DNA from: Ignavibacteriota bacterium
GTDB lineage: Bacteria; Bacteroidota; Ignavibacteria; UBA10030; UBA6906
NCBI GenBank assembly: GCA_963801355.1
Contig: CAWDEM010000008.1
Span: forward strand, 1,216,001 to 1,280,000
DNA: 64,000 nucleotides
Reading direction: 5' to 3'
The notes below the pieces were generated by a model. It was not told the DNA's origin, ran no database searches, and saw only the letters and a list, made by a program, of their open reading frames with translations. A program made the position numbers and the translations under genes. This document shows positions 29,276 to 40,993 of the stretch, one piece after another (the first letter of the stretch is position 1; the number at the start of each line of letters is the position of its first letter).

Positions 29276-32200
29276 ATGGTCCGCACAACGGTGGCCTTTC
29301 GATCGAGCATATCCGCAGTTCTCATTCTTCTTTGCGCATTCGCTCAGGCGCAGACGACAGTCACTCTCGTCCCCTCACAAGACGCCTATGTCAACGACTC
29401 CTCCCCCACCACTAACTTCAACACCTCGTTTCTTGTGGTGGGACGGAGCAGCACGGAATTCCTTCCAAAATACAGGACGTACATCCGCTTCAACGTCGGC
29501 ACCATACCCGCCTCCGCGGTGGTGACAAGCGCCCAACTCCGCCTCTCCCTTCAGGCGTTGGAGGGGACCAGCGCAATGACGATGGATGTGCGCAGAGCCC
29601 TCGCCACCTGGACGGCCACCACGGTCACCTGGGACAATCAGCCTCAGAACAGCACGCCGGTAGCCACCGTGAGCGTCGGATCAACCATAGGAAGCACCAC
29701 CTCGATCGCACTCGATTCGGTCGTGCAAGATTGGGTCAACGGCTCGACGGTGAACTACGGCATGATGCTCATGCTATCAAACGAATCCTCCACGGGCCGG
29801 ACACGGACGTTCGCGAGCAACAACCATGCGACGACGGGCATCAGGCCGCAGCTGGTGGTCACGTATTCCCTCCCCGCCGATATTGTCGTCAGCCCGCTTT
29901 CCCTATCCTTCGGCAGTCAGATCGTCGGCGAGCTTTCCGCATCGAAGATCGTAACGATGCAGAACACGGGAGGGCTCAACCTGACGGTGTCAGGCATTAC
30001 GAGCACAAGCGGCAATTTCCTCCTTGAGGGAATCCCGTCACTTCCGGCGGTCATTGCCCCGGGAGGCAGCACGGCGTTCAAAGTCCGCTTCAAGCCGCTG
30101 ACAACGGGTATCAAATCCGGCTCCATTCTCATTGCCAGCAACGACGGGGACGAAAGCACTGTCCCGGTATCGTGCACCGGCACGGGGGTGGCACCGGAGA
30201 TTGCTGTCACGCCGACCTCTCTCCTGTTCCCCGATCAGCTTCTGAACACGACTTCGGCTGATCAGACCATCAGAATCAAGAACGAGGGAACTGCAACGCT
30301 GACGGTCAGCTCACTCGTGAGTTCTGCATCGGAGTATGCTCTCGCCAACCTTCCGGCTCTTCCTGCCTCCGTCGCATCGGGGGTGGAGATCTCTTTCAAT
30401 GTCCGTTTTACTCCCACGGTGGCCGGGAACCGGAGCGGGACGATTTCCATTTCCAGCAACGACAGCGACGAAGGCCTTGTTACCGTTGCGTGTTCCGGAA
30501 CGTGCGTTCTGCCAAGGGTGACTATCGCGCCTGCGTCGCTGATCTTCGGCAGCCAGGTCATGGGCGCTTCCTCCCAACCGCTGACTGCAACGATAAAGAA
30601 TGAAAGTGCGGTGCAGGTGACGGTAATCAGCATTTCCAGCGGCGACAACGATTTCCTTCTGTCGAGTCCGCCCGCCCTCCCAGCACCCGTCGCGGGAGGA
30701 GGCCAGCTTCCCTTCAGCGTTGTCTACCGCCCTGACAGCGTAAAGAGCGACAGCGGGGCCGTCAATGTCGCCGTGCGCATCAGCGCCTGACAGCGTCAAA
30801 GTCATCTCCCTCCCCGTGAGCGGCATCGGGGTCGCTCCCCAGATTGACCTCCCACTTGTACCCGAACAGATGGCCTACCGCTGGGACCGTGTTGCCGTGA
30901 ATACGCTTTCTACGACTCAGGCGGTCGTCCTCAGGAATCCCGGGACAGTTGCGCGAACGATCACAGATATCCGGGCCGGGTGTGACGCAGATTCCGATCG
31001 CTGGAACATCCTCAACAGCGTGTCATTTCCTGCTGTAATTCCGGGGGGCGGTTCACTCAAGGTCGGTGACGTTCAATTCGCACCAACGAATGTGCTCACG
31101 TCCCTTGACGCGATCGAGATCACCACCAACGCCCCCGTCAACCCGACGGTCAGAATCCGGTTGGAGGGGAGGAGCATCGACCCCTCCACGCCGGATTTCT
31201 ACACAGACCTCCGTGCGTACAGAGTTGAGTTCGACAAACTTAAGTATGCCGACGGCGAGCAGATCTGGATACGGTTTCTGCCGGCGAGCGGCAACAATCC
31301 CGGCAGCGAAGCGACTGTGTACATCGTCTCCCCGCAACAGAGCGATATTGAGCGTATCATCCTCAAGAACTCCGGGGTCGGGACACAGGACTACGGGCAG
31401 GTCAACACCATCAGGACCACCGGGGCTACCTCTTCGCAATTTGACGGCAAGCTCTCGGCGCAAACCGGGGAATTCTTCTTCTTGTTCTACCAAGGTCCAA
31501 ACGCGCTTCCTACGGTGGGCGGCACCATTGGGGATTTCGCCTTCATGAAGGGGGGAGTGCCACGAGGCCTTTTCTCATTGGCAAGTGACAGCGCGGTGAC
31601 ACCGAAGACTCCCTCTGTGCCGGGACGCCCAGGGGAAACATCGCGCGGGTTGGTTGCAGTTGCAAGGTCAAGTCCACTGGCCGGCATCGCAGGTGACGAT
31701 CAGATTATCATTCAGCCGCGCGACATGACCGAGCTGAACGACTTCCTCCAGCAGTACAACGGCCGGGTGGTCGACGATGGCACGCGCGCGGGTGCAGGGT
31801 CGTTCGCCAACAGGCACTATTATCTTGTGCGCCTCAGTCCGGACAGTGCAGACCTGACCGACTTCGCATTCACGGCAGAGCTGGCGGGAGTGCACGGGAA
31901 CCTCCGGTCGTCCGCAACAGCGAGGATCAGCCAGCTCTTTGCCATACTGGCAAACGAACAGCTCGAGAGCCGTCGGGTTTCCCTCAATCCGCGCGTCCAA
32001 TACTTTGACCGTCCCTCAACCGCGGAGGCAGCGAACCTGGTGCCCGGCGGTGCGGATGCGTTCCAGCTCGAATATGTTCGTGATTGTGTACAGAAGGTGA
32101 ATCGCGCATGGATGTACGTTGCGATGCAGGACCGGGATCGCGCAGCCGGAACGAGCGTGCGTCTGGCCATCATTGACGACGGATTCTGCATCAATCCCGA

Positions 32201-34856
32201 TCTTTCAATGGTCGCGGGAGAGGGACGCGACATTGCCAGGAATGATTCTGTTCCGACCGGCGCGCGCATCACTGACGACGGACTCGACTGGCACGGTGCG
32301 AGTCTGGCCTCCGCAGCGGCAAGCTTGCACAACAACGGTCTCGGTTCAGCGGGAAGCGGCGGCCAGGTCGCCGACCTGATGTTCTACCGTCTTGCCAACA
32401 CGGATTTCCTCTTCGAGGTTGGCACTGCGATCGACCTTGCAGTGGCGAGAGGTGCGAAGGTCATCAACATGAGCTTCGGAGTCCCCTGCCGCGTTTTTGG
32501 GAGTCCGACGTTCTGCAACTACGAAGACCTTGGCTACTTTATCAATCTTTTTCTCTGTCCGTTCGTCGACGCGACTTTGGAGGCCGCGCTGGCGATAGTA
32601 AGGCCCTTCTTCCCTGTACAACCGGTGTTTCCTTGTTGGACCCTGATGGCCACGCTCACGACTGCACGAAGCCGGATGGCGTCGAGCATTGAAGATGCCC
32701 TCGCAGCCGGCGTTTCGCTTGTGGCCTCAGCGGGAAACGCGCGTGATGTCCCGCCCATCCCGCCTTCAGATATCGCCGACTTCGAGATCATCCCGGCGTC
32801 CATCAGCGGCGTGATCGCCGTGGGGGAGATGGACAATACCTACACGAACACCCAGTTTTACGGCAATCGCGTGGATGTCTGGTCAATGGACCCGGTGCGG
32901 GTCTACACGCAACCATCTTCAGCCAACGATTGCGGTGTTGCACCTCACCTCGATGATGTCAGCGGCACATCGATCTCCTCTGCATTCATCAGCGGCGTGG
33001 TGTGCATGATGTATGCAGTGAATCCCGCATTGACCCCCGGCGAGGTTCGTGCGATTTTCCGGAGCCTCCCCCCCGGACCAGCCGATGCAACGGTACAGCG
33101 TGCGTTAGACGCATATGCGGTGGTACGGGAGGCGGGCACCCGTGCCGGTCTTCCCGATCTCGCCATCACGTCAGCGAGCCTCGGCTTCGATGAGAACCGG
33201 ATGGATATCGAGGTATGCGGCGGCTGGCCCGCGCATAATCACTTGACGGATGACACGCCGGGCACCGCCAATCAGCTCTCCGTAGGCAACAGCGATTTTG
33301 CCGACCGGGCGATTCACGCATTCGTTCCAGGGGGAACCGTCGAGGCGGACAACTACGTATTCGAAATACCGGAAAACCTTCCTGCGAACACCACCTTTGA
33401 CGTTACCGTGAGCACGTTCTATCCCACCGCGGCTGGCGCAGTCGTCCCCCGGCCCGACGCAACCATCGTTGCTCTCCATGGACTACTGGAGGGATTCTCA
33501 AGGGCAACATGGCAGAATTACGGCCTCTTCCTCGACGATGATCTCGCCTTCCAGGTTCAGGGAGTCGCAGCCAACCAGGCCGAATGGGACAACGTCTACG
33601 AGCTGACAGCAGGGATCAGCCAGCACACGATCCTCCCCGACCGCTACGACAGCGCCCCGCTTGGAGAGCCGCCCAACAACACCTTTGCCGACGCTACGCG
33701 TCTGCCGAATGTCGCAGGCGGTGACGGTTACGGCTACGAGAACAACGGACTCGCAAGGGTCTGGCAAATTCAGGCACGCGATCTGAATTTCCACATGCCC
33801 GGCGACGTTGACTTTTTTCAACTCGATCTCCCCGACTCGGCGGGAGATGATTGCAGCTCCGGCATCCCGGACTGTCCGATTCCGGGAGTCACGGCATTGA
33901 ACAATGGTTTGCTGGAGATCACTGTGAAAGGCGCCCGGCTGATCGTCGCATATGATGCCAAAGGGAACGTGCTCCGACAGGACGAGAACTGCATCCGGTA
34001 CACCTGTCCGCGCAGCTGGAGCAACGACATTGTGTACTTCGAGGTAATCGGAAGCACAACGGAATGGCTTGAATATGCCATCTCGATCACCTACTCCGTG
34101 CCAGATCCCGGCGCGGCGCAGAAACTTATTGATCTCTGCAATGCAAAGGGCGATCCATACTCACCGGATCCCTATGATGATGATGATACCTACAGTTTCA
34201 TCAATCCGGGGGCCAGGGAAGCGCAGCAGTTCATCTTCGGCGCGCCGTGCAACCCGCTCGTCTGCGACCCGCCGAAACATGACTATCTTGTCTTCAACTG
34301 GAGGAACCCTGCACAGTGCACGATCGGTTTCGAGCATCCCACAGGTGCAGCGTTCAACTACCAACTCCGGGACAACACGCTGAAGCTCATAGCCACAGCA
34401 CATCCTTCAGGTGCCCGCACGAACGAGACTGCGGCAATAGATTCCGCGGAACACCAGACGATTGAGGTTGCCACACTCCCAGCAGGTCTGTATGTTCTGC
34501 GCATTGACAGCGCGCAGATCGGAACACCGTACACTGTGGCATTCCTGACACAGGTGGACGTGAAAGACAATGGTATGGTGCAGGATGTGCCAACACACTT
34601 CTATCTTGAGCAGAATTATCCGAACCCGTTCAATCCGACAACAGTTGTCAGTTACCAGTTGCCGGTCACCAGTGAGGTGAGGCTCCTTGTGTACGACCTG
34701 CTGGGGCGACAGGTGGCGGTGCTTGTCGATGAGACGAAAGGACCCGGACACTACACAGCGACATTCAATGCATCCGGGCTTTCGAGCGGAGTGTACTTCT
34801 ACCGGCTGTTCGCCGGGGATTTCGTGGCAACCAAACGGCTGATGCTGATGAGGTAG
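29276..34856 (+). CDS. Large secreted S8 subtilase with DNRLRE domain, tandem ASH/choice-of-anchor-D Ig domains and T9SS CTD; frameshift near 30783
   Basis: QDAYV..RTYIRF..TWDNQP..RPQLVVTY; repeated LSFG..NTG..F.P..G Ig units; catalytic LAIIDDG, WHG, SAGN, SGTS; QNYPNPFNP CTD. Split into ORFs ending 30790 and 34856. Confidence 0.82.
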
Positions 34857-34890
34857 GGACAATAGATCGGGGCAAGGCCCGTTATGTAGC

Positions 34891-36351
34891 TTACGGCAGA
34901 GCTGTCATGCCGTACGCGGATCCGTGCGACAGCATGATGGCACGGAATTCTGCAAGGAGATTGGGTGCGAGAATCGGTTCGGCACTCCCTTCAAGCAGGC
35001 GTTTGCGTTCTGCGGCAGCTCTGTCAGCCAGCGTAGGTTTTCCTGCATCGATCCACTCCCCTGCTCCGCCCCTGTCAATGATCTTCGGATACCAGTGCTC
35101 CGTCCGCATCCATCGCACGGTATGCACATGGCTCATGAACTCCTCCCCCCGCAGGATATCGGCAAATAGTCCGAGCGCCATCGGTTCGTCCCGCTGTGTA
35201 ATCCCATCCAGAAGCCTGTAGGCCATCCGTGCAATTTCATGATCGATGATGAGTTTCTCGGGGCTGATGCAATTCTCGTAATCCATCATCCCACCCCCTG
35301 AGACAACGTTGATCCCCGCAAGTGCGGCCAGGATTGCGCCGATACCGGTTTCCAGGCCCGCCTGAGCATCCACACATTTTGCGTCACTCAAACCGATATA
35401 CGCATGCGTCGGGAGACCCAGCGATTTGCCGATCTGGCTCGCCGCCATATCAAGCATCATGGTCTCGATTGCACCCATGGGGGGCGTGCCCTTCCGGTGG
35501 TCGAAGGCTGCGGGAGAGCCTCCGAAGACGACCGGGGCGCCCTCGGCGGCACTCTGCGCAATGACGAGGCCCGAGAGATTCTCGGCGACGTGTTGCACCA
35601 GTGCACCCGTCAGAGTCACAGGAGCCGTTGCACCCGTGAGCGGCATGGCAACGAATTCAGAAGGAATCCCTGCCCTGGCGCATTCAATAACGCTCTGTGC
35701 GGTAAGAGTGCTCCATTTCAAAGGAGGCGAAGGACAGGCGTCGAAGATCGCCAGAGGGTGGGCGCGTAGTTCTCTGGCACCGCCGCGAAGCGCGACCAGC
35801 ATCTCCAGCATGGGTCTGAAGCCGGCGAGGATGAATGTGCCGGTAACGATTGGCTTTGAGCAATGCTGGAATGCAATGAACAGTCGATAGCAGTCTGCCA
35901 CTTCGCGTGGAACATCGCTGCTTGTCAGCGCCGTGCTCTGGAAATGAAAGTGTTCAAGCTTCTGTGTGAGCCGGGCGAGATCGACAAGGTCCGGCGTGTG
36001 GGCCTCACGCTCGGCCTGGGCCGCGTGGTCGAACACGCGCAACGCGGTGGAGCCGGGGTCGAAGTGCATTGCATCGCCGCCAACGTGGAATGATCGTTTT
36101 GACGGCACGTCCCAGAGGTTGAACGCATGAGGTGTTGCGGATAACGCATGTTCAACGAAGGATCGTGGAATCAGGACCCGGCCGGCCGCACTCTCTTTCG
36201 CCCCGTTGTCCAGCAGCAGTTGCCTGGCTTCAGGGTTCTCCACAAGAATACCGATCGAAGCAAGAACTTCAAAGGCTTCATTGACGATCCGTTCAAGGAG
36301 CGCAGGGGCCAGCACTTGGGTCTGTGGGCGGAGGCGGTCAGAAGATTTCAT
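34891..36351 (-). CDS. Trimethylamine methyltransferase (MttB) family protein, non-pyrrolysine
   Basis: SPPLKW, GATAPVTLTGALVQHVAE, GAIET, SDAKCVDAQAG.E, EKLIIDHE. No in-frame TAG. Confidence 0.85.
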   Translation of the reverse strand: MKSSDRLRPQTQVLAPALLERIVNEAFEVLASIGILVENPEARQLLLDNGAKESAAGRVLIPRSFVEHALSATPHAFNLWDVPSKRSFHVGGDAMHFDPGSTALRVFDHAAQAEREAHTPDLVDLARLTQKLEHFHFQSTALTSSDVPREVADCYRLFIAFQHCSKPIVTGTFILAGFRPMLEMLVALRGGARELRAHPLAIFDACPSPPLKWSTLTAQSVIECARAGIPSEFVAMPLTGATAPVTLTGALVQHVAENLSGLVIAQSAAEGAPVVFGGSPAAFDHRKGTPPMGAIETMMLDMAASQIGKSLGLPTHAYIGLSDAKCVDAQAGLETGIGAILAALAGINVVSGGGMMDYENCISPEKLIIDHEIARMAYRLLDGITQRDEPMALGLFADILRGEEFMSHVHTVRWMRTEHWYPKIIDRGGAGEWIDAGKPTLADRAAAERKRLLEGSAEPILAPNLLAEFRAIMLSHGSAYGMTALP

Positions 36352-36518
36352 CAGGAATATCCCCGGAGTGTGCGGCACGTGGTGGCGGTTAGCGTACCAG
36401 CGACCACCGACAATCGACTGTGGGCAAAGTAGTGATATCAATTGCGAGCCGCAATAGCTATTCTGACTTGCATCTGAGGGCCCGCGGTGGTACTATTTCC
36501 TACACCTCAAATTCCGTC

Positions 36519-37280
36519 ATGAACGACTTCCGCAATTCAGTGGATATAGATCTCCTTCGGACTGATCCCCACAAGCTTCTCCTCCGGTATCAAGAAACCA
36601 TCGGCATTATCGTTAAGACATATATTCGCAGCGGCATGTTTCGTGCCGCGGAGTTCGAAGATATTGTCCAACACGTCAACAAGGACCTTCTCGAAAAACT
36701 CCCCCGGATACGCAGGCAGTACAACGGAATGAGCCTTTTCCGCACATATCTCTCAAATATTGTCCGGCATTCATGCCTGAGTCTCAAGGCGAAACGGCAG
36801 AGCGAACCGGTGGTTTTCGATCTCGAAGACTCATACATATCCCCGGACTCTGAATCACCCGAGCGGCAACTCCTGATTGAACACGACATCCTTGTCCTAC
36901 GCGCGATCATAGAGCAGTTCCACACGGAGCGTTTCAAGCTGTTACTTTGCCTCAAGCTCTTCTACAGAATTCCAATCACCCGCCCGGATGTGCTGCAATG
37001 GTGGCCTGAGTGCCCTGGAAACGAGATTGATACCCTTGTGTCAGCCACAGCCACGCAAGATCGAAAACTGACAGACAAGGAGGTCTTTGCCCTATTTCAA
37101 CCATTGGTGAACAAGGCCGAGAAGACCTCGAGCTCCGCAGATTCCATCCGGCGGTGGGCTGATCAGCGGATTCTGAGGATATTGGAACTGTTAAATGGAA
37201 GTCCGCCGACATCAGCCCACAATAGGGATACCCTGGGGATACTTATTGAAGACTATTTCGCTCCGTTCTTGCTGAAATGA
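36519..37280 (+). CDS. ECF-like sigma-70 factor
   Basis: Region 2 EFEDIVQ..YNGMSLFRTYLSNIVRHSC, followed by an atypical region 4 with an insertion. Confidence 0.72.
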   Translation: MNDFRNSVDIDLLRTDPHKLLLRYQETIGIIVKTYIRSGMFRAAEFEDIVQHVNKDLLEKLPRIRRQYNGMSLFRTYLSNIVRHSCLSLKAKRQSEPVVFDLEDSYISPDSESPERQLLIEHDILVLRAIIEQFHTERFKLLLCLKLFYRIPITRPDVLQWWPECPGNEIDTLVSATATQDRKLTDKEVFALFQPLVNKAEKTSSSADSIRRWADQRILRILELLNGSPPTSAHNRDTLGILIEDYFAPFLLK

Positions 37281-37330
37281 TAGTATATATCTTCAGATGC
37301 AGATGAACATCCAGTAACTTGGGGGTGAGT

Positions 37331-38095
37331 ATGCGTACGTGGCAATTCAGTCATTTTTGGCTCAAGGAGGCACATCTTTCCGAAGAAGCTGTGTCATTGT
37401 ATGTTGATGCCCTCAAATTGGACCGTGTCGACCAGCTCCCCCCGCGAACTGTCGAACATGTCAGACGCTGTCCGGAGTGCCAGAAAGAAATTACGGGGCT
37501 GTTTTCACTCCTTGCAGAGGAAGACTACTCGAAGACCGGACCCCACCCGTTCTTCGATAACCCGGCCAGAGCAGTGCCGAGAGAGCCGCTTCCGATCCTG
37601 AGGATCGCGGCAATCTTGGTGGCGGCGGTGGGAATCGGCATCATAGTGTACTGGATATTCCTCCGTGCCCCTGAGGACGATCACCGGACACAATCCGTAG
37701 CGGTCGGTACAAATATCGACACGAGCTCTGCACGATCGCAAGCCGACGTCACCCACGCGATGCCGACAGTCCGACAAGAACAGATTGCAGATCGTTTCAC
37801 CACATCCCCCGAACTCGAAGATTTGATGCGCAGTTCTGTCCGTTCTGCCGAAACGGAAGTGCAGTCGCCCGGTATCGGCGGCACGGTGCACGCCGGATCG
37901 ATTTTCCGGTGGACCACGTCGGCTCAGCCTCCGTTCGATCTCACGATTCTGGACAACACGGGCTCTGTGCTAACAACGCACAAGCTTCGTGCGAGTATGT
38001 TCATCATCAACGATTCACTGCAGGCTGGTCTGTACTACTGGAAACTCGTGGCCCAGGACAATCTGCTTCACGTGGGAAAATTTGTCGTGCGGTGA
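37331..38095 (+). CDS. Zinc-finger membrane anti-sigma-like protein
   Basis: HLS..HVRRCPEC (ZAS-type motif), a TM helix RIAAILVAAVGIGIIVYWIF, and a C-terminal beta domain with GLYYWKL. Confidence 0.7.
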   Translation: MRTWQFSHFWLKEAHLSEEAVSLYVDALKLDRVDQLPPRTVEHVRRCPECQKEITGLFSLLAEEDYSKTGPHPFFDNPARAVPREPLPILRIAAILVAAVGIGIIVYWIFLRAPEDDHRTQSVAVGTNIDTSSARSQADVTHAMPTVRQEQIADRFTTSPELEDLMRSSVRSAETEVQSPGIGGTVHAGSIFRWTTSAQPPFDLTILDNTGSVLTTHKLRASMFIINDSLQAGLYYWKLVAQDNLLHVGKFVVR

Positions 38096-38107
38096 GTGCC
38101 GGTGCGG

Positions 38108-40993
38108 CTACTGTCCGATAAGGGTAAACCCGGCCCAGCTGAAAGGAAACGCGGTCCGTTCATGCGAGAGCAACTGCAGCTTGGCCATCTGCAGGGCCTT
38201 TCCGAACCGCCACCCCTTCAGCACGCCGTCGTAGAAGAGTTGCATGAGTTCACTCGTATGATGGTCCATCACTTGCCATAGCGAGTAGACGATGTTGCGC
38301 GCTCCTGAATGGAGGAATCCGCGCATCAGTGCGTACACTCCTTCGCCGGTTACGTACCGGCCGATCCCGCTTTCACAGGAGCTGAGCACCACGAGGTCCG
38401 CATGAAGATCCAGGTTGTATGCCTCCGCGGCATACAACACCCCATCGTCTCCATTAACAGTATCACCGGGCTGCGCGAAGACAAGCGCCGAACGGCTTGG
38501 ATCATGTTCGTTTACCAGTCCGTGTGTTGCGACATGAAGGTAGGCGTAATGGGGTGCGTTGCGTTTGAAATTCTCTTCGGTGGCCATGCCATTGACAAAT
38601 GCGCGTGCCTGCAGATCCCGTTTTGTGAACTCGCTCGCAATACCCATAACTTCCGCATCGGAAAAACTCAACTCGCGAAAACGCCTTCCATTGACGCTGA
38701 TGGAGCGGAGGTGTGTGGTGTCCAGACTGTTGGCGAACCGGTTCGAGGCGAGGATCAGACCCGTCTGCGTCGACTCGCGAAACACCGGCGCAAAGCCTGC
38801 GAAATTCAGATCCTCACCCTGTTCATACATATGGGGACTGCCTGATTCACAGAAGAGCCGGGCCGAAGGAGACATCGCAATCTCGTGCGATTTGATGAGG
38901 AATGGCAGGGATGAGAAACTCCGGCGGTTGCCGGTCGTGCCGCCCTCGGGCGGGAGGAGTACCTCAAACGGAACGCGCGCAAGGTCCTTGTCGGGAACAA
39001 CGATTATGCGTGCATATGAAGCGAGCGTGTGCGCGAACGGGGTGATGACCAGCGCATAGAGGCGGCGTGCAGCCCCGGCGAATCCTTCCCGGTCCACGGT
39101 ACGAATCGAGCGCATCAGGGTTCCGGTTGCGGAAATGATGCCTGTGGGAGACCGGAGGACGTACACGTCCGACTTCTGCTTGCCGATGACAAAGACGTAT
39201 CCCGTCCTGTCGCCGAGAAAATACTCGACAAGCAGTGTGCTGTCGTCCAGCGCATGCTGCACGTTCTTCATCAAGGCAAGGGTGTCGCTAGCAAAAAGGC
39301 GCGTATAGGAAGGTGACGTCCTCCGAAGCTGTTCTGTCGCCAGGCGCAGTTCTTCCCGCAACGAAAGCGCATTCCATTGGAGCGTCTGCACTCTCGCAGA
39401 GTCAATCGCCGGCAGGTCCAGTGCTTTTGAGAGCTGCAACTCCGTTGCCGTAAGCCGGGTCTTCAGCGAACGTACATTCAGGAGGAGATTACGCGGAACG
39501 CCGGCAAACTCTCTCACACGCGCATCGCGGATGCCTTCCAGAAGGATCCCGGCCTTGTTGAGCTCTGCAAAACAAAAGGCCGATTCCAGATACTCCTCGC
39601 GCTGCGTGAGCTTTCGGAGTCTCAATGCAACGTCAATACCCTTCTCGAAGATATCGGAGAACTGCTCCAGGAGCCGGAACTTGGATCCTTCGGATTCGTA
39701 ACTCGACCGCAACTTCAGCAATGTTTGGCTTGCCTGCCGGTAAGCCTGCAATGCAGAGCCCAATCGTTCGACCACCGAGCCGGTGTCGTGCGAACACTCA
39801 GCGAGACAGATCCCTTTTTTGCGAAGGACCCTCAGCAGATGAACGCCGCGCACAAGATCACACGGAGTGTCGCTGATCACCGGCAGTGCTGATACTTCCC
39901 GGCAGAACGAAGCTATGGCGGCATCGTATGCGGCCACTGCCGCCGCCGGCGAATTTCGTGCACGATGGATATCGCCTTCCACCTCGTGTATCCGGGCCAG
40001 GAGCAGAGGGTTGTTTTGAGGAGATTCTCGGACGGCGATCGATACCCGTCCCACTACGGCGGCAGCGCTGTCCAGTCGGCCCATTCGCCGGTAAGCACCG
40101 GCCATTTTGACCATCAGGTTGGCAAGATCGGGCCTGCTTGGTCCGCCAGGCACGAGAAGTCTGATGCGGAGGGCTTCGCGGAGGTGGGCAAGGGCTCCGG
40201 CGTAGTGGCCGGTTCCCTCCTCCACTTCGGCAAGCACTTCACGCGCAGCAGCAAGATCGGGGTGATCCTTCCCCAGAGCTGTCGATTTGAGCTGCAGCGC
40301 CGCCATGGCATGCGTGCGCGCGGAGGCGAAGTCCTCCTTCTCGACGCAGGCGGAAGCCGCAAACTGATGGATTTCCCCGATGCTGGCCGGAGTGCCGAAG
40401 TGGTACTGCCGGGTCCTGAACAGTCCGTCATTGAACGCATCGAGGGCGCGGTCGTAATCGCCCATCTGTGCGTACACATTTCCGACGCTCGTACGTATAC
40501 TCACAAGAAGGGTCTGGTTGTTTGGATCCACCACCTTTGCGAGAGCTGCCGCAGAGTCGTAGAGCGAGACGGCAAGAGTAAACTGGCCGGCCTCTGCCTG
40601 ACACGCAGCGAGATAGATCATTCCGGTGATCATCGAATGCGAATGTTCCAGACCGAGCATCCGGAGGATCACCAGGGAGCTGTCGAGGCATCGTGTAGCT
40701 TCAACATATTCTGCCCGCTCTCGAAGGACATTTCCCAGGAGCATGAGGATACTTGCAGTGAGAGGAGAATGCTCGGAACTTCGGAATAGAGTCGAAGGGC
40801 TTCGTGAAGTCTCGACGGCCTCGCTATACAAGCCCATCTTCCGAAACGCCAGGCCAAGCGAATAGTAGTTCCCTGCAAGAAGCGGATGATCGGATCCGAG
40901 AATGCCCGACGGATCTCCAGACTCCGCGATATGGCTAATTGCGGAGTCAGGTCGATCGTGGTAAGACTGGAAATATGAAAGATAGGATAGGTC
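38108..40993 (-). CDS. TPR-repeat CHAT (caspase-like) protease, main part
   Basis: TPRs (GKDHPDLA, GSDHPLLA), LVEYF, IVVPD, catalytic YLHVATHG and LVVLSSCESG, SLWQV, WAGF. The frame stays open upstream of the ORF-track ATG (40837) as far as the TGA at 40994-40996. Confidence 0.85.
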   Translation of the reverse strand, partial: DLSYLSYFQSYHDRPDSAISHIAESGDPSGILGSDHPLLAGNYYSLGLAFRKMGLYSEAVETSRSPSTLFRSSEHSPLTASILMLLGNVLRERAEYVEATRCLDSSLVILRMLGLEHSHSMITGMIYLAACQAEAGQFTLAVSLYDSAAALAKVVDPNNQTLLVSIRTSVGNVYAQMGDYDRALDAFNDGLFRTRQYHFGTPASIGEIHQFAASACVEKEDFASARTHAMAALQLKSTALGKDHPDLAAAREVLAEVEEGTGHYAGALAHLREALRIRLLVPGGPSRPDLANLMVKMAGAYRRMGRLDSAAAVVGRVSIAVRESPQNNPLLLARIHEVEGDIHRARNSPAAAVAAYDAAIASFCREVSALPVISDTPCDLVRGVHLLRVLRKKGICLAECSHDTGSVVERLGSALQAYRQASQTLLKLRSSYESEGSKFRLLEQFSDIFEKGIDVALRLRKLTQREEYLESAFCFAELNKAGILLEGIRDARVREFAGVPRNLLLNVRSLKTRLTATELQLSKALDLPAIDSARVQTLQWNALSLREELRLATEQLRRTSPSYTRLFASDTLALMKNVQHALDDSTLLVEYFLGDRTGYVFVIGKQKSDVYVLRSPTGIISATGTLMRSIRTVDREGFAGAARRLYALVITPFAHTLASYARIIVVPDKDLARVPFEVLLPPEGGTTGNRRSFSSLPFLIKSHEIAMSPSARLFCESGSPHMYEQGEDLNFAGFAPVFRESTQTGLILASNRFANSLDTTHLRSISVNGRRFRELSFSDAEVMGIASEFTKRDLQARAFVNGMATEENFKRNAPHYAYLHVATHGLVNEHDPSRSALVFAQPGDTVNGDDGVLYAAEAYNLDLHADLVVLSSCESGIGRYVTGEGVYALMRGFLHSGARNIVYSLWQVMDHHTSELMQLFYDGVLKGWRFGKALQMAKLQLLSHERTAFPFSWAGFTLIGQ

